A DNA stretch of 62,892 bases, counting the filler, from Psammoneis japonica (taxonomy: Eukaryota): the NCBI GenBank assembly GCA_008632985.1. It is 3 parts of 3 records of this genome, joined end to end, with 100 filler letters (N's around TTAATTAATTAA, not from the genome) between each part and the next. Parts side by side here need not be neighbours in the genome. Positions count along the whole stretch, not along the records: positions 23,917 to 48,174 come from QPGO01000430.1; 2 more parts are not named here. The stretch is one strand, 5' to 3'. The notes beneath the pieces were generated by a model. The model was given only the letters and a program-made list of their open reading frames with translations. It searched no databases and was not told where the DNA came from. Of this stretch, positions 36,712-48,274 are shown piece after piece. The position numbers and the translations under genes are program-made. Position 1 is the first letter of the stretch; every line of letters begins with the position of its first letter.

Positions 36712-38105
36712 GGGCCCTTTGCATTGATTTTAAGGTTTGTCCACATGTCGGCAGATGAGTGAACATGTGATGTTAAAAATTGACACGGGCGGTCCCTTTG
36801 ACAGGCCAAAAGTGAGGGAATGCTGAGTCTCAAGGCACGCACACCTGACACCAACATGATGCCACATTGCCGTTGTTGCGCTGTTTTCTCCTTCGTGATT
36901 CCGCTGTTGCTCTCCCTCGTGGTCACATGCCGACACATTCATTTCTCTGTTGGCTTGCCACCAGTGAATGAATTTTGCAAATGCCATTTTGCTTCCTCTT
37001 GCTCTTCCATTTTGTTGCTTCTTGTGGTGTGTGAGCATTTGCTGAATGCATCTCGTCGTGTTGCTGCATTTCATTGCATTGGGTGCGTCAAATTTTGCCA
37101 TGCCCCTCATTGTGATCGTCTTCCTTTTTCTCTTTTCAGTGGCTCATTGAAGCTTGTGCGTAAGCAACTCATGTGAAGGTGACTAAATCGACAACGCAAC
37201 TCAGTTCCTTCAGAAATGCCGTGTCGTGAAAAAGCAAATCCGAGCGACTTTCAGTTTCTGTCACAGGAGCAGCACTCACAACATGCATCGGCTCCAAAGC
37301 AAGAGGGTTTGCATCTGGCGACTCTTTCATTTGTTGCCACACCCCACACAGCGCATTTCTAATTTTTTGGCTCCATTTCTTCTCCTTGGGCTTGGCATCC
37401 CGCGTCTGTGGCAAATGGCAGTTTCCGTCTGCAGGCACTTAGATTGGCAATGGTGACAACATGTTGCACATCTGGCACCTCTTTGTTGCAGTGCCCCATC
37501 TGACATTTTGGCTCCATTTCTTCACCAAAGCAAGTTGTCCTTTGTTGAAGAAGTGATCTTCCGTGCAGCCACATTTTTCCAATGCGGAGCCCTCGAATGC
37601 TGGAGAAGAGACCTCGACATCAGACTGATTGGGGTGCAGTGCTGGCATGAACTTGGGTCCATTGTGAAGATTCAAAACCGCTCTTGCATGGGAAAAGGAC
37701 AAAATTTAATTCCAATGTCATGGGCTCTGCCATTTCTCATCCTTCTTGCTGTGCCAGAGGTTGTTTCGAGCTGCTTTGCACTCGTGAGCTGTGCAGCTCC
37801 ACACTTCCGTCCAAATTTTTACCTTGCTCTTCAAGGACGCTCTTGAACAGACTCAGCAGTTCTCCACAGATGCAGGTTAAATGATCAGACATGGTCAATG
37901 CAGTTGGTTGGGCAAGAAGTGCTTGTCTTTTCTCTTGCACGATGTGCGCTTGTGTTGGCGCCGCCGCGTCTGGCGCGTGTTGTTTGATTTTTTGTTTTCC
38001 CTCACTTTTGGCCTGTCAAAGGGATTGCCCGTGTCAATTTTTAACATTTGATTTTTGTTTGTGTGCGCATGTTGGATGAACCTTAAAATCAACGCGAAGG
38101 GCACA
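36712..38105. mobile_element. About 1.4-kb non-autonomous DNA transposon with about 110-bp TIRs
   Basis: 36712-36820 is the reverse complement of 37997-38105 (shared TGTTAAAAATTGACACGGGC and CCCTTTGACAGGCCAAAAGTGAGGGAA); no clear TSD or transposase. Confidence 0.8.
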
Positions 38106-40504
38106 AGATCCCTGTGGCCGCCATGTGGGCATGTGCACATCGCATCTGACTGGACATTTGTGTCCCTGAGGCAGGCCTGCAGCTCGACATTCTTCTGGTC
38201 GTCGCATGCGCGCTTTGAGCTTGCAGCCTCTCTCTCTCCCCCTCCTCCTTTTCCTCTTCCTTTTTTCACAAACTTGGAGCCACCTGCGTGACCGGACACA
38301 TGCCCATTTTACTTTTTCGTCTCCACTTTGCCATGACAATGCAGATCCTTGAGTGCCCAAGTTGCTGGGCTGCATTTCAAGTTTTTTGGATCATGAAAAA
38401 TTTGGACATGGTTTGGATTTCTGGCACTGGTTGGTTTCTTGCCCTCTCCCAGCCAGCTGACAAAAAGAAAAACTCTCCAAAACACGGGGGGAGGGGACGC
38501 ATCCCGCCCTTTGGTTGGTTTGCAGCCAACAATGCAGGAAGCAGAGCAGCCCCTGATGCACTGAAGGACAAAGCTCAGAAGCATGTCTCATGTTGCATGT
38601 CTGATGACATGGAGAGAGCTGGCCAAGTTCAAAGCAGCCTTGGCCAACTTTGAGCCTTTTTCATCAGAGGGAGGCACCCAAGGTTTGCCCCCAGAGCTGA
38701 CCCCAAGCATTGGGCAGCAAATGTTGAGACCAAAAGCTCTTCCACACACAAGCAACATCACTGCCCTCACCTTCATGTGACTTCAACAGCTTTTCAGTTC
38801 ATCAGCAGCACGGCTTCTCACTCCTCAGACCCTCTGTTCTTTTGGATGCAAAAAAGCCTCAGACCATGGGTCAGCTTGTGTGTGGCATGTGCACGGCACA
38901 ATGAGCCAAGCCCAAGCAATGTGGTCCCCTGTGCTTTGCTGTCTGACCAGCAAGAATCTCATTGTGCAAGCACAGCTGGAAAGTTTGTGCAATGTCAGTC
39001 TTTTTTTGAACAGCCCTCCATTCAGATGTTGTGCACGCGGGGGTCATTTGGGAGTCTTGGAACTTCAAAAAGTGCTGGAAGCTTCTCCCTGGGTCCTTTT
39101 CCTTTGCAGAGCTTGTGCTGGATGGAGTCAACACACACTCAAAATTTGATTCAAAAATCAATCCAACAGTTGTGAACAACCATCCAATTGTCTCATCTTG
39201 CTTCTGCAACATTCCTTTTCCAATCAGACTCTTAGCTTGGCATGCCTTTTCACCACCGTTGCTGCCAATGCTGGCAAAATGCATCCCGCTCCAGTGCGTC
39301 TGCAACAAGTCAATTGAGCCAGCTGTCACAAGCCACCATTTTTGTTTCCCAAGAACAGCAAATTGCTCGTCAGTTGTCCATTTCTGCTGCCAAGAAAGAT
39401 GAGGCAGCAAATCCCAGCACTGGCTTTAATGCAGATGACAGCCCACCCAGTTTCCCACCTGTGGAAGACCTGGAGCTTTTTCCTGCACCCGACAAAGAAG
39501 CAGAGGAGGAGGATGAACGTGACAACAACTCCTCTTGTTTTGCGCAAAATGTTCCCCAGCACTCTTGCTGCTGTGTCTTTGTCCTCTCCTTGGCATGAGA
39601 CATCTGAAGAATCCACCCTGCCCCTGGATCCACCCACTGTCCCTCCCATCACTGCTGACTCGGACCCCTTGCACTGGGGCGCACCTGATCCACCAACCTT
39701 TTCACTTGCGGAGGAAGCTTTGCCAGAGCTGATCATGCCACGTGACAATTCCGGTGCCACTTGTCAATTTTGCAGTTGGCTCTTGCTCACCCTGTTGCAA
39801 CAATTTTGCAAGAAGCGGAAACTTGATTGTTCCTGGTGTTTTGGGTGGGACTTGTTGGTGAAGAAACTCTGCAAGAAGGTTTTCCTGCCCCAGCCCAACA
39901 CTCGCATCATTGGTGATCAGGAAGTCACTTGCTTCTGCATGCTGGACATGCATGTTGAGAGATTTGTGCCTGCTTGATGTTTGACAAGGAGCAAAATCTC
40001 AACGTGAACAAGTCCATCCAGGCACATTTCCGCAAATTCATTCCTGTTGACTGGACGCTTCTCAACAGGAACAACTGAAGAAAGCTGGAATGTCCCTCCC
40101 ATGTTCTTGAATTGCTCAAGAAGTGAAAACTTTGTCTCCCATTGATTTTCCAATGAGTGCCCCACACAACTCCAGCCTCCTCAAGTCATTCTTCTCTGAC
40201 AATGTCAAGCTCACTGACCTCACATTTTTTTGTTGCTTGGACAACCATGATCCAAGGGCAAAGCCATCCTTGACACATCCAAAAGGAACATCACAATTGC
40301 CTTCCCTCCCTGAGTGAGCTGAGAGCACATTGCAAGCACGACTCCATCTGCCCTGGTTTGCACTCCACTCAACACCAGCCATTGCTGCACTGCAAACCTT
40401 GGGCAGCTGGTGCATTGTGAGAGAATGCTCCAGTGGCTGGCAGAGTCAAAAGGTTGCCCAGCAGTTCACTGGCTCATTCTTTTGCAATGAACGTTGACAC
40501 AAGA

Positions 40505-41720
40505 TGATGCCAAGATGCAGCATCGCTCCTTGCAAAAGACACTCAATGCTGTGTCTTGTAGCGGACTCTGCTTTTTGGCAAAAGGTTGTGAGCAGGGATT
40601 CAGTGTGGGGGCTGTGCACTCCCAAAGAATGACGGAGCTGCTCCAACCTTGAACTCATCACAAAGACCTGGCGTGCGGACCCAAGGTTGATGTGCAAGAG
40701 GCAAAAGTGGCCCTCAAGGAAATGGTCCAGGCTCAAAGTCAAGGAAGCTCTCTGTGGAACATGGGCATGGGACAGAACATCATGAACGCAAGGTCACACA
40801 GGGATGTTGGAAACATGCATGGACCATTTGAATGCAACGAACCCAGGCATTGGCAGACTTGTGCATGGGCTTCAGCTCAAGGACAATCGTGCCTCTGGTC
40901 TGGAGTGGGGGTCAACAACCTGCAACAACTGCAGCTTTTGACATTTTTTGTTGCAGCGCGATTCTGCAATGTCTCAAGAATTGCGTGGGGCAGGCACTTT
41001 TAAAAAAAGGTTGAGCAGCAAGAGGCACAATTGCACCACAAACTTGGCCATTTGCTTGATGTTGAAGACAAACATGTCCACCAATTAATTTCTTGCACTG
41101 CGGAGCTCACACGCAGAATTCTGTGGGCCCAATGTCGCGTGAAGTCCCGCCTGGGGCTGGAGAACGCATCTGCCAAGATGCGTTGTCACTCCTTGCAAAA
41201 GATGCTCAATGCTTGCACTGCGGAGCTCACACACAGAATTCTTTGGGCCCAATGTCGCACGAAGTCCCGCCTGGGGCTGGAGAACGCGTCTGCCAAGATG
41301 CGTTGTCACTCCTTGCAAAAGATGCTCAATGCTGTGTCTTGCAGTGGACTCTCTGCTTTTTGGCAAAGGGTTGTGAGCAGGGATTCAGTGTGGGCTGTGC
41401 ACTCCCAAAAAATGATGGAACTGCTCCAACCTTGAACTCATCACAAAGACCTGGTGCATGCAGACCCAAGGTTGATGTGCAAGAGGCAAAAATGGTGCTC
41501 AATCAAGGAAATGGTCCAGGCTCAAAGTCAAGGAAGCTCCTCTCTGTGGAACGTGGGCATGGGACAGAACATCATGAACGCAAGGTCGCACAGGGATGTT
41601 GGAAACACGCGCGGACCATTTGAGTGCAATGAACCCAAGCATTGGCAGACTTGCGCGTGGGTTTCAGCTCAAGGATGAGCACGCCTCTAGTCTAGAGTGG
41701 GGGTCAACAACCTGCAGTCA
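40505..41720. repeat. Direct duplication (about 40505-40920 and 41291-41720) around a truncated MITE-A fragment with a 120-bp internal duplication
   Basis: Matching ORF text KEMVQAQSQGSS..WN.GMGQNIMNARSHRDVGN in both arms; CTGGGGCTGGAGAACGC at about 41151 and 41271. Confidence 0.8.
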
Positions 41721-41784
41721 GCGGTGTTGACAAAATCATCTTGCAGACTGACAAGAGCATGCGCCCCCTTCAGCACAACAGCAT

Positions 41785-42402
41785 GTTGTCTTCAACTTTG
41801 ACTGTTGGACAGTGTGGTCTCCTGTTGAGTCTCTTGCAGTGACTGGCGGAGCCAAAGATCTGAATCCAACAAAGCAGCAGCAACACCCACGATGCCAAAG
41901 AACACTGTCCAGCTGCAAAGAGCAAACACGCATGCTTTGTTTCAAAGTGGCTGTTTTCATTTTCAAGAACAGAAACACCACGGGACCAAGATGTCTTCAA
42001 CTTTGACTGTTGGACAGTGTGGTCTCCTGTTGAGTCTCTTGCAGCAATTGGTGGAACCGAAGATCTGAATCTGACAAAACAGCAGCAACACCCACGACGC
42101 CAAAGAACATTGTCCAACTGCAAAGAGCAAACATGCATGCTTTGTTTCAAAGTGACTTTTTTCATTTTCAAGAACAGAAACACCGTGGGACCAAGATGTC
42201 TTCAACTTTGACTGTTGGACAGTGTGGTCTCCTGTTGAGTCTCTTGCAGTGATTGGCAGAACCAAAGATCTGAATCTGACAAAACAGCAGCAACACCCAC
42301 GACGCCAAAGAACGTTGTCCAGCTGCAAAGAGCAAACATGCACGCTTTGTTTCAAAGTGACTGTCTTCATTTTCAAGAACAGAAACACCATGGGACCAAG
42401 AT
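41785..42402. repeat. 205-bp tandem repeat, 3 copies
   Basis: TTCAACTTTGACTGTTGGACAGTGTGGTCTCC at 41791, 41996 and 42201. Confidence 0.92.
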
Positions 42403-43052
42403 GACCCCCAATTGCAGAGACTGCTTTTTAGTGAAAACAATGCCGAGACCCAGCAGCTGCTCTTTTTGGCCATTCTCCAACTTTCCTGCCTTGTCCCAAG
42501 CTTGCTTTTGATTGTTCAACCAAGCTCCAAGTCTCTTTCCAATGTCAACGTGAGGATGAGGCACTTTTCAATTTCCCTCGTGCACCGCAAATTGTCCAAG
42601 ATGAGAAAACACAATCTCCCGTTGATTTTCCAACAAGTCTCACTCCATTCCAGCCTTCTTCAGTCGTTTCTGTCAAGAGGCGTCCAGCTTGCCCTTCCTT
42701 TTGGCTGTCCTTCACTTGACTGGCCAACTTCCAAGGTTCTCCCCATTCCCCATCCTCTTTGTGATGCCTTGGCAGGTTGCAATGGTGTCCCTCCCATTTC
42801 TTGAATTGCTTCAGAAGAGAGAACATTGTGCCCCATTGATTTTCCAACATGCCCCACTCAACTCCAGCCTCCTTGAGTTTTTCTTCTTTAAAGTGTCAAG
42901 CTTGCCAAGCTTGTGCTCTCGTCATCATTGGTCATCCAACCAAATTCCAAGGGCAAAGCCATCCTCAATGCATTTGTTGGGAACATTGCAATTGCCTTCT
43001 CTCTCCAAGCAAACAAGAGTGGGCTGCAAGCACGACTTCATTTGTCATCGCA

Positions 43053-43442
43053 GACGCGTTCCAGCTCTAGGTGGGACCTCGCACTGCTGAACTGTGACAT
43101 CGATAGTTTTTTGGATCGCACCGTATGTCGCGCACGTAGAAAGGTACGTGACTTTTGTGAAATTTTGTATCATTTTGTGGTGCACTTATTGAGCGATCCG
43201 TCCAACAACTTTTGACATTTATTTCTTCTACGCCATTCTTAAATGTCTTAAGAATGGCGTAGGGCAGGCGCATTTGCAAAAACGTCAAGTGGCAATGGTC
43301 ATAATTGCACCACAAACTTGGTCGTTCATTTGATGTTGAAGACAAAAATGTCCATCAATTAGATTCTCGTAATGCGGAGCTCGCACGTAGAATTCTACGG
43401 GCCCGATGTCACAAAAAGTCCCACCCAGGACTGGAACCCGTC
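43053..43442 (+). mobile_element. MITE family A, young copy (390 bp, TSD CGCA)
   Basis: TIR GACGCGTTCCAG..GGTGGGAC / GTCCCACC..CTGGAACCCGTC; CGCA at 43049-43052 and 43443-43446; removing it restores the host frame WSVCDDK. Confidence 0.92.
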
Positions 43443-44558
43443 CGCACACGCTCCACATGACACCAGCCTTTTTGAGCTTTTGTTTGAGAGAAATGTCCAG
43501 CACCCCACTCTTTTTGGCCTGTCTTTGTCTGTTCAGCCAATTCCCCAAGTTCACCCCTCCATCAAGAACGTGGCCATGACAAATGTCGCAACTCCCTTTG
43601 TGGTCTGCAGTGCAAGAGCAAACCACATGTGCGATCCCAGGAACTCTTGTCCTTGCATTCTCTGACTGCCCCACCCACATGATGACATCCCTCATTTCAA
43701 AAGACACCAAATCAGGAAGCACAAAGGAATCGAGGACACGAGGAGGGAACTCTTCACCCTTCAAAGGCCTGTGTTTGGGCAAAATGCATTTCGATGGACT
43801 GGCGGCATCGGAGTTGTTTTCATTCAGGGCTGGAACACACGTGTCAGGGTGTGCAACTGGGCCAGCCAAGCCGTCGTGTGTGAGTTGTTGAAGGGCAAGG
43901 TTTGGAGTTGGCTCCAGCAGATGCCATCTCACTTCACAATTTTGGCCAGTCCTTTCATTCTTTAAAACAGAAACACCACCAAGAACCAGCAGATTCCTGC
44001 ATTGCAGAGACTGCTTTCTAGCAAAAACAGCGCCAAGATCCAGCAGTTGACTCTTCTGGCTGTTCTTCAGTTTTCCAGCCTTCCATGCTTGCTTTTGATC
44101 TTTCAACTAAAGCTCGAGTCTCGCTCCATTTTCAATGTGATGAAAAGGCACTTTGCAGCTGCCTTCGCACACCACAAACTGCTCGAGAAGAGAAAACACA
44201 GTCTCCCACTGCTCAGCCCAAATGCCCCACTTAACTCCAGCCTTCTCCAATCGTTCCTGTCTAGAAGCACTCAGTTTCCCTTTCCTTTTGTCTGTCTGTT
44301 GCCTGTTCAGCCACACTCCAAGATTCACCCCATCCTCTTTGTGACCCTGCAGCACCCTGCAATGGCCCTCACACACCACAAACTGTTTGAGAAGAGAAAA
44401 CACAGTCTCCCATCTCTCAGCACAAATGTCCCACTCAACTCCAGCCTGCTCCAGTTGTTTCTGTCAAGAAGCGCGCAGTTTCCCTTTCCTTTCATTTTTC
44501 CTTTGCATGCCCAACCATCTTCCAAGGTTCTCCCCATCCTCTTTGTGACCCTGCAGCA

Positions 44559-44954
44559 GACGCGTTCCAGACGCAGGTGGGAATCCGTGTGACATTGGGC
44601 CCGTAGACTTCTACGTGCGAGCTCCGTAGTAAAATTATACGGTAATTAAAATGTCAATGATCGCCAACAGAAAATGAGGCAATTTTGCGAACGCACAAAC
44701 TCGCACATGATTGAAGTACATCATTTTTTACTCAGCCAGTTACATTCTTCAGACATTGAAGAATGTAACTGGCGCATTATTGTTTCTATAAATTTGTTAT
44801 ATAAAACGTCTGGGGCTTCGCAAAACAGCGAGTCTGGACAATTTTTTTTAAATGTCACACGTAGAAATCTACGTACGAAACATACGACGGATGATAAAAA
44901 TTATTGTTGTCACACGTCAGCACTACGAGCTCCAACCTAGGGCTGGAACGCGTC
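44559..44954 (+). mobile_element. MITE family B, young copy (396 bp, TSD AGCA)
   Basis: Perfect 12-bp termini GACGCGTTCCAG / CTGGAACGCGTC; AGCA at 44555-44558 and 44955-44958; the empty site matches the paralogous HA unit at 44341-44370. Confidence 0.93.
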
Positions 44955-47103
44955 AGCACCCCACAATGGCCCTCATGTGCCGCAAATTGTTCAAGACAAG
45001 AAAACACAGTCTCCCATTGATTTGCCCACAAGCCCCACTCATCTCCAGCCTCCTTGATTTTTTTCTTTGTCAATGTCAAGCTTGCCAAGCTTGTGTTTTT
45101 GCCATTGGTTGTCCAACCAAATTCCAAGGGCAAAGCCATTCTCAGCGCATTTCTTGGGAACACTGCAGTTGCCCCCTCTCTCCAAGCAACCAAGAGCATG
45201 CTGCAAGCACGACTCCATTTGTCATCGTTCACACTCCACTCAACTCCTGCCTTCTTGAGCACTTGTTGACAAAAAACATCCAGCACCCCACTCTTTTTGG
45301 CCCACTGTTGTCTGCCCAACCAATGCTCCAAATTCACCCCCTCCTCTTTGTGGCCATGGCGAACTTTGCAACTCCCTTCGCAGTCTCCATGCACCAAGAG
45401 CAAATCGTTCATGCAATCCCAGGAACTCTTGTCTTTGCATTCTCTGATTGCCCCACGCATGATGCCATTTGTCGTTTCCAATGGCATCGAAACGGGAAGT
45501 GTGAAGGAATCGAGAACACAAGGAGGGTGCTCGCATTCCTCCAAAGGCCTTCCCAATCTGTTGCTCTCTTCAATCACAAACAAGACATCCTCGCACAATT
45601 TGGGATCTGGACCAACCATGGCCTCAAAAGCAAGAGCAAAACTTTCACGTCCATTGACATCCTCAGACAATGATTCTTTGTCAGAAGAAGCTGGAGCAGG
45701 AACAAGAACACAACCACAGTTTTTGTCACAGTCCCTTTCTGGCTCACACATCCAATCATTTGACATGCAAGGACTGAACTCCGAATGGGATCAGCCATCA
45801 CAGCCAACTCTCAATCTGCCTTGTCAACACCTGCAGCCAGTGATTTGCAGTTTGCAATGACAGATTTGGGTGCAGACTTTGCTCTCAACAAAACCTTTTC
45901 CCATTTTGCAACAGACATTTTTGGGCTGCCGCTGACAGGAAATGTGGCAATGTCATCCTTCAAAAGGAGTCAAGAGGAGTCTGCAAACGCCTGTGCCTGG
46001 GAATTTGCAGAGTGAGGCGAGACTGCATGACTCACATTGAGTTTGTGAAAAGCTGCTTGAATGGCAAAAGGCACCAGGGGACACATTGAAAGATTGTTTG
46101 AATCGACGGGCGTGCAGTCACAGATTTTGCCTCAATCTGGAACGCACAGCATGACAGGAACCACAATGTTGCACTCCGCACTTTCCTGCAGCATCTTCCT
46201 CTTGATGCGCGGCCCAAACAATGGCTCATCATTGAAGCTCCAAACAGCTGCAGCTTTGTGAGCCGCAGCATTGTCACCCCTTTTTGGCAACAGAGTTTGT
46301 GCTCCAAACTTGTCAAGCTTGGATCCCAACACGGCAACTTGCTTTGGAGATTTGGTGCATCAACGAGGGGTGGCCGCAAGAAAAAGTCGACAGTCAATGG
46401 GAAGGACGCCATTGCAGGGACCGCAACCAAACAAATTGCCAGCACCTTCCATCTCGTGTGCTTCATCAAAGATGCCAAACCTGATGCTGCCACCCAGCTT
46501 GTTTGAAGCCTTGCCAACCTTGGGCAACAAGTTGCATGTGCAGCTGACAAACTGCAACTTGTCATCATTGGAAGAAAGAAATGCTGCAATCTCATCGACA
46601 GATGTTGTGCATGCCTCGGATTGACTGGCTTGGCTCGCCACAATCAATCTCAAGTGAGGCACATTGTCAAATGCTCTGGATGAATCCAAGACTCCCAGCA
46701 TCTGATCCACAAGTGCAAGCTTTGGTGTTGCATGAGTTGCCGCTTGCACCCCTTTGAGTCACAATCTTGCAAGCGTTTTGAGGCTCAGCAATGTTTTGCC
46801 CCATTCCGGGGGAAGCTGAACATTGGCTTGGCAATGTTTCTTGTCTTCAGATGATTTCAGCATGCCAACCACACCTCCATTTGAATTGCTCCCTCTCCCT
46901 GCGGAGGATTTGTTGTCCTCTCCACAGCAGTGACTTGCAAGAGAGTCAATGACATCATTGTGTTGACCACCGCAATCTTGACAGCAGCAGCTTTCTTGAT
47001 TTTCTGCATGTGACGCTTTGATCTCTGAAGAACCTGTTTTTGTTCTTTGATCAATCTTGCTGGCAACAGTTCTGTGATCTTGTTGCAGATGCTCAATCCC
47101 AGA

Positions 47104-48174
47104 GACGCACTCCAGGTGCAGGTGGCAATCCGTGTGACATTGGGCCCGCAGAATTCTGCTTGCAAGCTCCGCAGTGAAATCATCAGGCAAGTGACACGTC
47201 AATGATCGCCAACAGAAAATGATGCAATTTTGCAAATGCACAAACTCGTCTGTGGTTGAAGCACATCATTTTCTGCTTGGCCAGTTGCGCTCTTCAGACA
47301 TTGAAGAATGCACCTGGCTTGTTTGTGTTCCCATGATTTCATCAAATGAGATGTCAGGGGATGCGTTCCAGGTCTGGGTGGGACCTCGCGCCACTGAACT
47401 GTGACATCGACAGTTTTTTGAATCTCATCGTATGTCGCGCATGCAGAATTCTATGTGATTTTTTGACATTTTGTGTCATTTTACGGCACACTTGTTGAGC
47501 GCTCCGTCCAAAAACTTTTGACATTTTTTGTTGCAGCGCGATTCTACAATGTCTTGAGAATCGCGCAGGGCAGGTGCATTTGCAAAAACGTCGAGTGGCA
47601 AGAGGCACAATTGCACCACAAACTCAGCAGTTCATTTGATGTTGAAGACAAACACATCCATCAATTAAATTCTTGCACTGCGGAGCTCGCACGCAGAATT
47701 CCACGGGCCCAATGTCACACGGAGTCCCACCTGGGGCTGGAACGCGTGTCAGGGGTTTCGCAAAACAGCGAGTCTGGAACAATTTTTTGAAATGTCACAT
47801 GTGGAAATGTGCACACAAAACATGCAACGGATGACAAAAAACAACTGTGTCACACGTCAGTGCTGCGAGCTCCCACCGACGGGTTCCAGTCCCAGGCGGG
47901 GCTTTTTTTGTGACATTTGCCCCGCAGAATTCCACGTGCGAGCTCTGCAGCTCGCACTCTGGTCAACAGATGTGCTCATCTTTGACACAAAACAAACGGC
48001 CAAGTTTGTTGCACACACATCTCTGTTCGTACTTGCAGTTTTGGACAGTGCGCCTGCCCTGCGCCATTCTCGAGTGTCTCGAGAATGGCGCAGAAGAAAA
48101 AAATGTCAAAAGTTGTTGAATGGATCGCCTGACAATTGCGCTGCAAAATGATGCAAAATTTCACCAAATTCATG
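47104..48174. mobile_element. Nested MITE cluster: old B copy (47104-47359 plus 47751-47877) with A copies at 47360-47750 and 47878 to the gap (reverse)
   Basis: Colinear with the 44559 and 43053 copies; AGGG flanks both sides of the 47360 insertion. Confidence 0.85.
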
Positions 48175-48274
48175 NNNNNNNNNNNNNNNNNNNNNNNNNN
48201 NNNNNNNNNNNNNNNNNNTTAATTAATTAANNNNNNNNNNNNNNNNNNNNNNNNNNNNNNNNNNNNNNNNNNNN

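Larger units (their letters stand above)
39900..47100 (-). pseudogene. Decayed SF2 (DEAH, ResIII-like) helicase followed by many helicase-associated (HA) repeats; broken by MITEs and duplications
   Basis: Motif I LPPEWGKT (about 46800), II FGIFDEAH, III LFLAATPR, V NCKSLAAGVD and VI QMIG; HA-like units such as WETVFSLLEQF..EGHCRV.QGHKEDGVNLGVWLNRQ...RQERLEKAGVKW at 39.9-45.4 kb. Confidence 0.8.

Noticed and set aside
41785..42402. CRISPR-like array
   Set aside because: Whole 205-bp units repeat with no unique spacers; eukaryotic context; no cas genes.
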